Positions 50,412 through 60,207 of a DNA stretch of 64,000 nt are shown here, piece by piece. This stretch comes from Myxococcota bacterium (lineage in GTDB: Bacteria > Myxococcota > XYA12-FULL-58-9 > JABJBS01): contig JAYZAY010000056.1 of assembly GCA_036339465.1 (NCBI GenBank), positions 3,119 through 67,118 on the forward strand. The letters are read 5' to 3'. The number at the start of each line of letters is the position of its first letter. The stretch's first letter is position 1. The notes beneath the pieces are model-generated. The model made no database searches and was not told the DNA's origin. It saw nothing but the letters and a program-made list of their open reading frames with translations. Made by a program: the position numbers and the translations under genes.

Positions 50412-51119
50412 TCAGTGTAGGTTGAAATGAAGGGATTGATCTCGGACCCAGATGTTTACAATCCATTTTTCCGTTTCCGTTTGGAGTTGTGACCCTTCGT
50501 GGAGCATTCGTCGGTCAAGGTTACCTTGGCTATCTGTGTTTTTGAAGAAGAGGGCTGAACCCTTCTGAGGTTGTATGGAGATGCCCAACTCTGGAAATAC
50601 CGTATCACCCGAAGATCTGGGGAGATCATTGAGATAAACGATAAGGGTGAAGAGGCGTTGTCCACGTTGTTTCAATTTTGGGTAACGCTCGAAATCAAAT
50701 GCATCGTAATGGGGTCCGTAGGCTTCGCCTTTTTGGTATCGAACCACCTGTAATCCTTCAATGTGCGACATGGGTAAACCAGTGACCACGGACGCCTTTT
50801 TCCGAATGATACTCAACACCGGATTCAATTTGAAACCCACGAGCATGGCGCTGGACGTGGTGCGCAGGGATGCTTGCTCTGCTTTTTGCCTTTTTTCGGT
50901 GATGACCCGTGATCTTCTGAGACGTGGTTTGGCCATCCTTTTTAGGGAGGTGATGTCTGAGTCATCGAGAAAATTCTTGATGGTGACGATTTGAGGGGTC
51001 TTGGTCACAATTTCACGACTATTTTCTTCGGAAAAACGTCGTAAGGCCTTTCGGATGGTGTAGAAACGCCATCCGAAAAAAGCACCAATCAAAAGCATTT
51101 CGACGAGAACCAGGGTCAT
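50412..51119 (-). CDS. Prolyl 4-hydroxylase-like 2OG-Fe(II) oxygenase, N-terminally membrane anchored
   Basis: P4Hc pattern: H-x-D (GPHYDAF), LIVYLND, distal His (RRMLHEG), basic residue KWIVNIW. Confidence 0.7.
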   Translation of the reverse strand: MTLVLVEMLLIGAFFGWRFYTIRKALRRFSEENSREIVTKTPQIVTIKNFLDDSDITSLKRMAKPRLRRSRVITEKRQKAEQASLRTTSSAMLVGFKLNPVLSIIRKKASVVTGLPMSHIEGLQVVRYQKGEAYGPHYDAFDFERYPKLKQRGQRLFTLIVYLNDLPRSSGDTVFPELGISIQPQKGSALFFKNTDSQGNLDRRMLHEGSQLQTETEKWIVNIWVRDQSLHFNLH

Positions 51120-51306
51120 TTGGGTAGGAGACTACAGCGTCGGGATGCCCGGATGCAAGGGGCTAAGGGGAAGGCAACGGTGTGACACGTTTTACGCCGG
51201 ATTTCGTGAACTGGGCCAGCCTAAAAATCAAAAAAATTAGACCAACAAAAATTTTCGGAGAGAGAATGCTCTGGCTCGTAGAGGCTCCTTGGGAAGATAA
51301 TTTTTC

Positions 51307-51870
51307 TTAGGGTTGAGTGGATTTTCCGTCTTGGCAGCTGGTGGGTTCGGTTGAGGGGGTGGAGGTGTTGAGTCTCAGGCTCTCAATAGCAGGGATGGGG
51401 CCGAGGCAAGTGTTTTGATGGCAGGCGATACAGTTGTTGATGGTGGCATTGAAGTATTGGGCATGATTGCTTTTGGCGCTGCGAAGGGCGTCGTAGCTAC
51501 GGAGGAAATGCTTTGCCATCTTGTCATACCACGGGGTGCGGGTTCCTTCGGTGGTGGGCCAGGTGCAACGTATTTTTTCGTAGCTTCCGACAAAGGTTGG
51601 TGTGGTGTTTTGGGAAAATGAAGTTTTTGCTTGCCTGAGTTCTGTGAGCATCCGGCGCATCAAAACTGCCAGTTCGCTGCTTCCGTTGGGGTTGTAGGGA
51701 GTCTTGATGAGGTTGGTGGGACTTCCGAGAATACCGGGGGTCAAAGGTGTGCGATAGTCACAGGCGCGGTTTTGTTTGGCAGGCGCGTCGGTTGACGTGG
51801 CGCTTGTAAAGGAAGGTGTGATCAGCAAGACAAAGCAAAGAGCCGCTAGAAGAAGGCGATGATGTTTCAT
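51307..51870 (-). CDS. Secreted c-type cytochrome-like protein (single CxxCH near C-terminus)
   Basis: Signal peptide; CIACH motif about 25 residues from the C-terminus, as in class II cytochromes c; start at the ATG at 51870, preceded by aggaga. Confidence 0.45.
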   Translation of the reverse strand: MKHHRLLLAALCFVLLITPSFTSATSTDAPAKQNRACDYRTPLTPGILGSPTNLIKTPYNPNGSSELAVLMRRMLTELRQAKTSFSQNTTPTFVGSYEKIRCTWPTTEGTRTPWYDKMAKHFLRSYDALRSAKSNHAQYFNATINNCIACHQNTCLGPIPAIESLRLNTSTPSTEPTSCQDGKSTQP

Positions 51871-52080
51871 GCTAAGTCTCCTAATTTTATTACACACCAT
51901 GGTTCTCAAGTGTCTCTTTCTTCCCGAGCACCCAGGCCAGAGAGAGGACGTGCATTCTTTGTGTTTCTTTGGCCATACCCCTGCTTTTATCTCTCATTCT
52001 AAGAATAAGAAAACAAAAAAATACCTGTTTCTCAATGGGATGGCTCTAGATGCTTCTTTGAAGCGCGCAAAAAAAGTATT

Positions 52081-52818
52081 TCAGTGCCTGAGTGCCGAAA
52101 AACCACTCCAATCAAAGTCACTATTGACCTGCTTCAGGCCGGGTTGGTAGACCTTTTTGGCCAGTTGGTTTCGTAAGCTTTTGAGGGTCTCCCAGGGAGC
52201 GTCTTCGCTACCTATATTTGCCACCCAAGATGGTACCCAACCTCCGGGATCCGCGGTGGTCTCAAAGACGATTTCAGTGCTGTTTTCAGAAAGGGCTTGG
52301 AGATGCCATTGCCCGGATGAATTGGGAATACGAATGCAGCCATTCGCTACTGGTATGTTTTTGGGAACAGTGCTTCTGAAGCGAATCAATATGGAGTTTT
52401 GATTGGGCCTAAACACGACTTGGTTTTGTAGATACATTTCTCGGTCGCTCACCATAAAGGATGGGCTGGCAATGCGATTGTAAACGGTAAATTTGTCTCT
52501 GGAATGGCGCTGATGAAGTCGATATTCAGTGCTCATATACAACCAGTCGACTTTGTATTGATGGTCGTAGAGAACCGCAAAGACTCGATTGATGGAGTAG
52601 GGTAGCTTGAGACGTCCGCGGAAGGTCATTGTGGAATTGTTGGGGAGAGACTTTTTCCAGACCTGGATACCATTCTCTTTTTTGATGGATATCCATCCGT
52701 CGTGGGATTGAGCATGGACGGTTTGGGCGGGTTGAGGGGTTAACTCGGCAGCATTATTGGGAGTCGTGAGGCAGAGACTCAAGACCGTTACAACGAACAC
52801 CATATCCAATTGTAGCAT
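52081..52818 (-). CDS. Secreted START/Bet v1-like lipid-binding domain protein
   Basis: Signal peptide; GWISIKKENGIQVWKK ... DWLYMS ... SPSFMVSDREMY ... DPGGWVPSWVAN follows the START-domain pattern. Confidence 0.55.
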   Translation of the reverse strand: MLQLDMVFVVTVLSLCLTTPNNAAELTPQPAQTVHAQSHDGWISIKKENGIQVWKKSLPNNSTMTFRGRLKLPYSINRVFAVLYDHQYKVDWLYMSTEYRLHQRHSRDKFTVYNRIASPSFMVSDREMYLQNQVVFRPNQNSILIRFRSTVPKNIPVANGCIRIPNSSGQWHLQALSENSTEIVFETTADPGGWVPSWVANIGSEDAPWETLKSLRNQLAKKVYQPGLKQVNSDFDWSGFSALRH

Positions 52819-53362
52819 ACCGGCCTCAACATTACAGGGGTTGCTGGAGGATTATTGTCCCACTGGGGATCATCATTTGAGACTGAGAGGCCGTGTTTAA
52901 GTCGTTCTCATGCTCTTGAACCGCTTTTTTCTTGGGTTTTTGGGTGAGAAATACCAGATTGTCATGGAATGCTTCTTTGGGGGGATAAAATGGGTGGTGT
53001 AAAGATGAGGGGTTGTCTCCTTATTCTGGGAGCCCCCGCGAATGGCTCCTAGGGTGCAGAGTGAGGCCGAAAACCTCTATTTATCCATGTGGTAATTGGG
53101 ACCGGTGGACTTGGAGCATTGTGAGATGACCTTTCGGAGTGGTGATATACACGGTTTTGGAAAACTGTGTTTGGAGCAGAATGCGGAGGGAGGTTGTTTG
53201 AAGGCTTTGGCGGATTCTTCTCTGAAAAATTTGAATATCAAAGAGGGAACGCGGGCGCAGGTCGATTTTTTGGCGCTGGGTTTGAGCGCAGTAAATGATG
53301 TCTAGGATGACCAACGGCAAAGAAGAAGTGGTAGGGGTGGGTTAAGTTGGGTCTCAGGAATT

Positions 53363-54820
53363 TTAGGCGCCGGTGAATTTTTCTACCCAGGGTTTAATAG
53401 ATGTTTTGTAAGTGGTGAGCTGACTTTTAGGAATTGCTTTTGTTCGCGGTGCTACGTGTTTTCTGGGGTTCATATATTTACCCTTGTGCTTGAGTCGAAA
53501 ATCGAGGTGTGGGCCGGTTGAGCGTCCGGTGCTGCCTACTTTTCCAATGACTGTACTTTGTGAGACGGATTGGCCTGAACGAACCAGTATTCGAGAGAGG
53601 TGGAGGTAGAGAGATTCGTAGACCCCGGTATGACGTATTTTGACCATGTTGCCTGCAGCCCCATTATTGCCTGCATAGGTAACTCGCCCCTGCGCCACAG
53701 CCTGAACGGGGGTGCCCGTGGGGGCAGCATAATCGATTCCGCCATGAAAGTGTCGCCGTCCGAGAATGGGGTGTCGGCGGTAACCAAAACCCGAGCTGAT
53801 TCGGTTAAACCTTAAGGGAGATCTCAGGAATGCTCGTTGAGCCGCCTTGCCCTTTGCATCGTAGTAGCCTTGAAGGTTGGCGGATTTGTTCTCAAACCAA
53901 TAGAGCCTTTTGGTGCCCACCGGACTTTCTGGCGAACCTTGATATTCTGCGGACCAAATACGTCCGTATCGTACCAATTCACCTTCAAAGGTAAATTTTT
54001 CAACCCAGAATCGGAACTGATCCCCCTTTCGGGTGTCGTGATAAAAATCGATGTCAAATTGAAATGCTTCGGCGAGACTCATGGCGAGATTTGGAGATTC
54101 TCCCGCTTGCATGAATGCGTCCCACATGGAGACATTAATGGTGCCATGGACTTCGATGATTTCTTTGTGGAGGTTGATTTCTTTACGCTTGGCTAGAAAC
54201 TGCCCGTCATCTTCAAGATTCGTTACGAACTGTTCGTCGGGGCCCGCTTTGTAAAAAAAGCTTAATAGTGTACCGTCGGGTGTCATTTCGAGTTCATAGT
54301 GATCTCCGGGACGGCTCCGCCGAAAATCAAAGATACCCTTGAAGGAACGAATAGCTTGATCTGCTTCGAGGGCCTCACAACCGGCAGCTATCAAAATATC
54401 GGAAACAAATTGATTGCGTTTAACGCGACCGTTTACCAAACGCTTTGCGGGCGGGCCTTCCAGCTCCGGAAGTTCATCCACCCGAGCCAACGCTTCTTGG
54501 ACTTGCCTCTTTTCCGTGGGTTCAATGTTTTTACCCGGTGACTGGCTGGCACCTCGGATGACAACCCGTCTGTTTTCTGCATTCTCTTGAGCCAAGCCCT
54601 TGGGTGCCGGTGGCTGATCCGTTGGGGTCTCTCCTATTTCTTCGGCGTCTTGTGATTGGGCTTGGGAAGCAGGTGGGGCTTGTTTCTCGGAGTCGGTGGA
54701 GGAGGTCGTCAGTCCCCACGTGATGAGGCACCCAACCATAAGGCCAGCGAGAAAACCGTGGAGGTGCGTTTTTTGAGGTGTGAAGCTTCCTCTGGAGACA
54801 TAACGATTACCGTGTTGCAA
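53363..54820 (-). CDS. M23-family (LytM-type) metallopeptidase
   Basis: HFHGGIDYAAPTGTPVQAVAQGRVTYAG...MVKIRHTGVYESLYLHLS (HxxxD and HxH motifs); N-terminal TM helix. Confidence 0.85.
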   Translation of the reverse strand: MQHGNRYVSRGSFTPQKTHLHGFLAGLMVGCLITWGLTTSSTDSEKQAPPASQAQSQDAEEIGETPTDQPPAPKGLAQENAENRRVVIRGASQSPGKNIEPTEKRQVQEALARVDELPELEGPPAKRLVNGRVKRNQFVSDILIAAGCEALEADQAIRSFKGIFDFRRSRPGDHYELEMTPDGTLLSFFYKAGPDEQFVTNLEDDGQFLAKRKEINLHKEIIEVHGTINVSMWDAFMQAGESPNLAMSLAEAFQFDIDFYHDTRKGDQFRFWVEKFTFEGELVRYGRIWSAEYQGSPESPVGTKRLYWFENKSANLQGYYDAKGKAAQRAFLRSPLRFNRISSGFGYRRHPILGRRHFHGGIDYAAPTGTPVQAVAQGRVTYAGNNGAAGNMVKIRHTGVYESLYLHLSRILVRSGQSVSQSTVIGKVGSTGRSTGPHLDFRLKHKGKYMNPRKHVAPRTKAIPKSQLTTYKTSIKPWVEKFTGA

Positions 54821-55181
54821 CGAATGAACCCTCCGATTCGAGTATTTCTAGAATAGGTCAGGAGGGCTAGCATGCCTCACTTGAAACCGCAAACACCACC
54901 CGACGGAGGTTTCCGGTGCGGCCCATCTTTCCCATATGGGGTATTCAACATCCTTTATGGGTTGACAATGATAAATATAGACTTAGTGGTATATAATGAA
55001 GTGAAAACACGAATTGGCAGGTTTTTCGGAGTTGGCGCAGCCATCTGCGATTTTGAGTTGGTTGTTTGGGGTGGTTGTTTGGGGTGGGCACTATGTGTCG
55101 AGCCATGACTACGGCGCACGATTTATTTCGAATATGTTATGTGAATCGGAAGAAAAAAACCGTGAAAGTTTTATTTTGGGA

Positions 55182-57053
55182 CTAAAAGAATTCCATCTCA
55201 AGGGTTGCGTGACTGGCTTCTATGTCCGGAGCGAGTTCAGGGTAGTAATAGCATGCCAATTTCTTTTCTAGAGTGGTGACGGCATTGCGTTTGAGAAGAT
55301 CTAGCAGCGATTTTTCATCGATTTGATTGGACATCCTTCGAATTTCTATTAGTCGGTGCTGACTCCACTGCGTCATAACATCGTGGGCGGTAAGTGTTTG
55401 CATGATGGAAGCAATTTCGTTTTCGTGCCCATTGCTCATTTCTACCAGCTCTTTAATGAGGTCTCCGTAGGTTTCTGCTTCTCCGTATTCCAATAACCCA
55501 AGGCTTCTAAGGGTGCGGTGGGAAGCTGGGGTGAGTTTTTCATTCTCCTTGCGATGTCCAAGCAGTCGTTGGGGGGATATCTGATTGGCGACAGTGGTTG
55601 ATTCTTGGATTATGTTAAACACTTTGATTCCAGCAGTGCTGATCTGAGGGGATAGGATTTCCATGATCAATCCGGAAGTGCGGAATCCTGCCATTAAGAG
55701 AAGATCTAGATTACGCTCGCTCGGGTCACTGTGATAACGGGCCTCGTAGTCAAAAAGTCGAAGTGAAGTAGCACCCTTTGTGACTCTGCCAAAGATTGGG
55801 CCTTCAAATTTTTCAAAGAGGTATTCAAGACTTTCCGGGTAGCTTTGGGCTAGAGGAGTCCGATGAGAGAATTTTATTCTAAGACACTGGAGGAGTCGTT
55901 CGGTGGCGATGAGGAGGGTAAGAGGGGGGCGATAAACCTCACGAATCGCTCCAATCAAAGCATCTCGAAGTGGCAATTCATCGGATATGTACACCCCTAA
56001 ATATTCGGATGCATCGATTATCCCTGTAAAACGTCCTGAAATTCTCGATACTTGATCAAGGGTGGTTTCTCGGGTGATGAAACATTCAGTCAACATCATT
56101 CGGATGGATGCATGTAAAAGGGGCAGGTATCTACTAAGGGGGGTGGTTATGGCGGGCTCATAAAAAAGCTCAGTGAGTGATTCCTCGAATTTTTCTGATG
56201 GTAAATCTCGGCAGTCGCTGCTCAGGGTGTAAACGTATTGGAGGTTGTCATCCACAACTTTCGAAATGGAATCCAGAGAGTTTCTAAAAACCCTGGCGAC
56301 TTCGTATCTGAGTTCGGAAGTGAGGGGTAAGCAAATACTCTCGATGGTGGTGTTTTTTCCAAAATATGTTGGCATCAGCAGGTATAGTTCGTAGAGACTC
56401 AGTGGGCATGATTCAAAAATGAAGTTCTTGTCCTTGGCGAAGTCGCTACTGACGAAACTTGACCACAGTCGAAGGCCGTCACTATTGACGCATTGTAAAT
56501 AGCGCCAGTTCAACCGAACGGTATCCCATTCCTCAGGGATGACATTGAGTAGACGGTCGAAATTTGCCGTCAAGGCAAGGATGCCTCTGCAGATGACTCG
56601 GCCTTCTGAACGCTGGAATCCAAGCCGACCTAGTTTGACATCAAAATTTGTGTTGGGTCGGTTTTGGTTTTGGTTTTGGCTTACGGAGCCTGTTTTTAGA
56701 CTTTCCAGCATCTGTTTTATCTGCCCCGGCTTTGTGGGGTTCACCCAGCCGTGAATGCCTTGTCGTCTTGATACTTCTCTTAGGTTGGCATTGAATTCGT
56801 CGGTTGAAGCAACCAGCAAGATTTCCTTTGTGATATGCAAGTTGTAAAATTTATCTAGGAATCTCCTTAAGCTAAGACCGATCGGTTCCTCACAAAGAAC
56901 GATGATGCTTGGTTTGGGAGCGGTGCGTTTTTTGAGTTCGGTGATTGGAGCGTAAGCGTTTTCCCAGGTTTTAACTTCACAGTCGTGTTCTGAGAAAGCT
57001 TTGACCAGATGTTCTCTAAATTCGTCTCTATTTTCTACAATCCACACAAGCAT
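55182..57053 (-). CDS. Receiver-like (degenerate REC) N-terminal domain fused to a large uncharacterised domain
   Basis: The first ~120 aa show a REC-like layout (conserved T and K: LLVASTDE, VNPTKP), but the phosphoacceptor position reads LCEEP rather than DxxMP. The remaining ~500 aa have no motif I recognise. Confidence 0.4.
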   Translation of the reverse strand: MLVWIVENRDEFREHLVKAFSEHDCEVKTWENAYAPITELKKRTAPKPSIIVLCEEPIGLSLRRFLDKFYNLHITKEILLVASTDEFNANLREVSRRQGIHGWVNPTKPGQIKQMLESLKTGSVSQNQNQNRPNTNFDVKLGRLGFQRSEGRVICRGILALTANFDRLLNVIPEEWDTVRLNWRYLQCVNSDGLRLWSSFVSSDFAKDKNFIFESCPLSLYELYLLMPTYFGKNTTIESICLPLTSELRYEVARVFRNSLDSISKVVDDNLQYVYTLSSDCRDLPSEKFEESLTELFYEPAITTPLSRYLPLLHASIRMMLTECFITRETTLDQVSRISGRFTGIIDASEYLGVYISDELPLRDALIGAIREVYRPPLTLLIATERLLQCLRIKFSHRTPLAQSYPESLEYLFEKFEGPIFGRVTKGATSLRLFDYEARYHSDPSERNLDLLLMAGFRTSGLIMEILSPQISTAGIKVFNIIQESTTVANQISPQRLLGHRKENEKLTPASHRTLRSLGLLEYGEAETYGDLIKELVEMSNGHENEIASIMQTLTAHDVMTQWSQHRLIEIRRMSNQIDEKSLLDLLKRNAVTTLEKKLACYYYPELAPDIEASHATLEMEFF

Positions 57054-57540
57054 GAACGTTTGCTCACCGGCAGGTAATGTTTTCGTCTTGGGTTTCTTTG
57101 CAAATTATAGTCTGTTTCTTGAGCTCGAGGGAAATGTAGACAAAAAAAAGGACACTTTCTAGATTGTTTTTGACTCAGCGGGGAGGTTTTCAACCACTTA
57201 ATTTTATCGTTGCATGTTAATTTTTGGGTGTAGGAGAGTGTGGTTCTCTCGTGTGCATGTTTTTGTAGGTGATTGTTTTTAGGGGAGGAGGCTAGAATGG
57301 ATAGTCAGGTTTTTAGATTGAAACCTCGATTCACTTGGCGTTTTTCAGTTTGCGTATAAATCCTATGAAGGGTGCGTGCTATTAAGGATATTTATAGAGC
57401 CAGAGGACCGATTGCAGTACCGGGCGGTCCCTGTCATCGATGCTGCGCAGGTTTTGCATTCAGGTGGTGATGTTTCAGTTGGATGTTGCTAGGCCCAAAG
57501 CAGTCGGCCTGTGACTCAAGCTTTCTAAATCCTTGGGTGG

Positions 57541-57927
57541 CTAGTTCTTTCTTCTTTGAAGTAGAAATGTTGTGCGCTGTGAGAGAATTTCGTGGTGAAA
57601 GACATATTGCTCTTCGAAATCAATCAGAATCCAACTGAGTTCGCTAAGGGTATTTAGGAAGGTGTGGAGGCTCGCCCCCTGCGTCCTCTTACCTTTAGGC
57701 TGTTCCCCCAGTTTATTGGTCAGCTCCAAAATGTTGTTGGCTCTTACGGTGCGACCAGCTTCTTGCCATACCACTGAAGTATGTTGGTCTGGCGATAGGT
57801 TCCCCGATGAGACCAGTTTCAAGGTCGCAAATTCATAGAGATGATCTTGTGCGAGCCGGTGAGTACAGCCGCTGGTTGCGACGACACATAAGGTAACGAG
57901 AAAACAAGCTTTGATGGACGCAAGCAT
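57541..57927 (-). CDS. Small lipoprotein, hypothetical
   Basis: Lipobox VVATSGC; 128 aa. Confidence 0.4.
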   Translation of the reverse strand: MLASIKACFLVTLCVVATSGCTHRLAQDHLYEFATLKLVSSGNLSPDQHTSVVWQEAGRTVRANNILELTNKLGEQPKGKRTQGASLHTFLNTLSELSWILIDFEEQYVFHHEILSQRTTFLLQRRKN

Positions 57928-58191
57928 TTTAGCCTTTCCCCGGATGGTGAAAGAGAGCTGTCGCTTATGAACGTCATTAGATGTTATTTTTGATGTTGAT
58001 TCAATGCTGTCGTTGTTCTCGGGGAAGGTGAAGCTAAGTATTTATGAGGTGGCTGTTTTTTGGCCAATAAGATTCGAAGATATAGGGGGCTTTCGCTGTT
58101 TTTCCCAAAAAGAGTCCTAATCGCCCTCCCGCTAGGTCTTTCCCTTTATCCCTTGTTTTTTAGGGCCAATTGAAACGAATTGTGCGGGAGA

Positions 58192-60168
58192 CTACCGGTT
58201 TTTGGTGGGCCGATGTTTTTCCTCGTTCTTCGGTTTTTCTTTCTTAGGCACGGGGCCCCATTTTAGGATCTGGAAGACCGTTCTTCGGTTCTTTTGTCGA
58301 CCTCTTTTGGTTTTATTGGTGGCGATAGGTTGCTTTGAAGCTTTGGCACCCGTGATGATTCTCTCGGGGGCAATGCCATTTTGAATCAGATACCACCGAA
58401 CCCATTTGGCGCGAAGTTTCGATACCTCGAGATTGACTTTATACCGTCCGGTTCGGTCAGTATGACCGATAACGCGCACTTGGAGAATTTCGCGGTGGTT
58501 TTTTAGGGCTGAAACCACAGTATCTAAGACTTTCTTCGACTGTTTTAGAAGTCGGGCTCTGCCGACTTCATAGAAAACGATTTTCTTTTGCATGAGAATC
58601 TCAATTTCCGTGGACTTGACCCGAATGAGAGGTGGTCCTTCGTCGGGACAACCATCTTCGTCTTCAAAATTATTTAAAATCTCTGCTTCCAATGGGCATT
58701 TATCCACAGAATCCACGAGGCCGTCTTGGTCTTTATCGAGTTCGGGGCAGCCGTCCTTATCGTCCACGTCGTTGATGGTTTCGGGCTCTAGGGGGCAGAG
58801 GTCTTTGGAGTCAATGATTTTATCTTGGTCATTGTCTGGATCAGGGCAACCGTCCTCATCTTCGAATGTGTCGAAGTCTTCGGGCTTATTGGGGCACTTA
58901 TCATCCTGGTCGAGGATGCCATCCTGGTCGTTGTCGGGTTCAGGGCAGCCATCTGTGTCACTGAATCCATCCATGTCTTCGGCTTTGTTGGGACATTGGT
59001 CCACGGCATCGAGAATGCTGTCTTGATCGTTGTCGGGTTCGGGGCAACCATCCTGGTCTTTAAAGCGGTCATAATCTTCGGGATCCATTGGGCATTGGTC
59101 ATTGGCTTTATCAATGTCGTCATAGTCTTCATCACTGAAATCGTCGATATTAAATTCAATGCCGATTAAGGCTCGAAGGCTGGGAATGGTGACCCCTTTT
59201 AATAGGCTTGTTCCAACGGTGGCTCGGAGATGGGTTCCGGGGCTCAGGTTTTGGAGTAAAATTGAGCCTAAGATTTCGCTTCGGCTTTCACCTGGGGTCG
59301 TGAAAGCCCGGCCCCCGCGGCTGCCCACATAGATTTCGGAGCCAAAGACCAGGTCGGTGTTTCCCAGGGCTTGGGGCCAAGTATAGCTGATGCCCGTGGC
59401 CAGGGTTGCCCAGTCATCGTCTATATAGCCTTGGCCCTTCTGTTCTGCGAAAATATTTGTTTGGGGTTTTAAATCCCATTGAAACCTTCCGCCGAAATCC
59501 CAATTTCCGATTTTGCTACCGATGATGGTGAGAAAACTGAACTCTGTTTTCTCGTGCCCGAGATAGGCAAGGGCTGTGCCTGTGGGAAACCGAATCGGGA
59601 AAGCCACATGGATTTGTAGGGGGATATCCTCGAATTTCCAGATCCTGATTTCGGGCCAAACCGTGAGCATATCCAGACCAAATTTGGGGATCTCTCCGAG
59701 CTTTCTGCCGGGATATTCCCCCTCTTGATAGAGTGCGAGGGGGAGGTGGAGGGCAATAAAACTTTGGTTGAACAATCCCATAGCAAAGGTGCCGCTGAAT
59801 TGGATGCGCGAGGTCAGAAGGCTTCTGAGCAATTGGTCGGTCTCTATGTGGGATACGGTGATTGGGTGTTTTACGAATTCCAAGTGGGCTTTGGTGAAGA
59901 GTTCCAGATGCTTGAGCATTTTAGGCAGGGTGCGGCTATAAGGGCTTTGGCCGATGGGATCGGCTAAGGTGGGGTTGCCCTGGATATTTGCACGGGCGAG
60001 ATCATCTACCCCGCTGTGGCCGAGAGCTGGAACCACAAGGGTGATGCCAAGTCCTAGGAGAAAACTTTTCCAGGGGCGAAATATTTTTGCCCGCACCCAA
60101 GTTGTTTTGTGATTGAGGGAAAACTTTTTCACAAAGAAATACCTAGTCGGATACGGCAGTTGTAGCAA
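58192..60168 (-). CDS. OmpA-family outer-membrane protein with about 10 thrombospondin type-3 (TSP3) calcium-binding repeats
   Basis: N-terminal beta-barrel-like region, repeated DxDxDGxxDxxDxCP units, and a C-terminal OmpA domain (GHTDRTGRYKVNLEVSKLRAKWV). Confidence 0.85.
   Translation of the reverse strand: MLQLPYPTRYFFVKKFSLNHKTTWVRAKIFRPWKSFLLGLGITLVVPALGHSGVDDLARANIQGNPTLADPIGQSPYSRTLPKMLKHLELFTKAHLEFVKHPITVSHIETDQLLRSLLTSRIQFSGTFAMGLFNQSFIALHLPLALYQEGEYPGRKLGEIPKFGLDMLTVWPEIRIWKFEDIPLQIHVAFPIRFPTGTALAYLGHEKTEFSFLTIIGSKIGNWDFGGRFQWDLKPQTNIFAEQKGQGYIDDDWATLATGISYTWPQALGNTDLVFGSEIYVGSRGGRAFTTPGESRSEILGSILLQNLSPGTHLRATVGTSLLKGVTIPSLRALIGIEFNIDDFSDEDYDDIDKANDQCPMDPEDYDRFKDQDGCPEPDNDQDSILDAVDQCPNKAEDMDGFSDTDGCPEPDNDQDGILDQDDKCPNKPEDFDTFEDEDGCPDPDNDQDKIIDSKDLCPLEPETINDVDDKDGCPELDKDQDGLVDSVDKCPLEAEILNNFEDEDGCPDEGPPLIRVKSTEIEILMQKKIVFYEVGRARLLKQSKKVLDTVVSALKNHREILQVRVIGHTDRTGRYKVNLEVSKLRAKWVRWYLIQNGIAPERIITGAKASKQPIATNKTKRGRQKNRRTVFQILKWGPVPKKEKPKNEEKHRPTKNR
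58600..59110 (-). repeat. Tandem TSP3-repeat coding units (about 45-50 bp period)
   Basis: Periodic recurrence of gggcagccgtc / ggggcaaccatc elements in the DNA. Confidence 0.6.
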
Positions 60169-60207
60169 GTTCTTGATGCCAAGGCCAACCTGGCCTAGTT
60201 TCGGTCC

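Noticed and set aside
58600-59110. Periodic DNA repeats that could superficially resemble a CRISPR array
   Set aside because: The periodicity reflects coding TSP3 repeats (DxDxDGxxD) in a continuous ORF. The units are not identical and there are no unique spacers of constant length.
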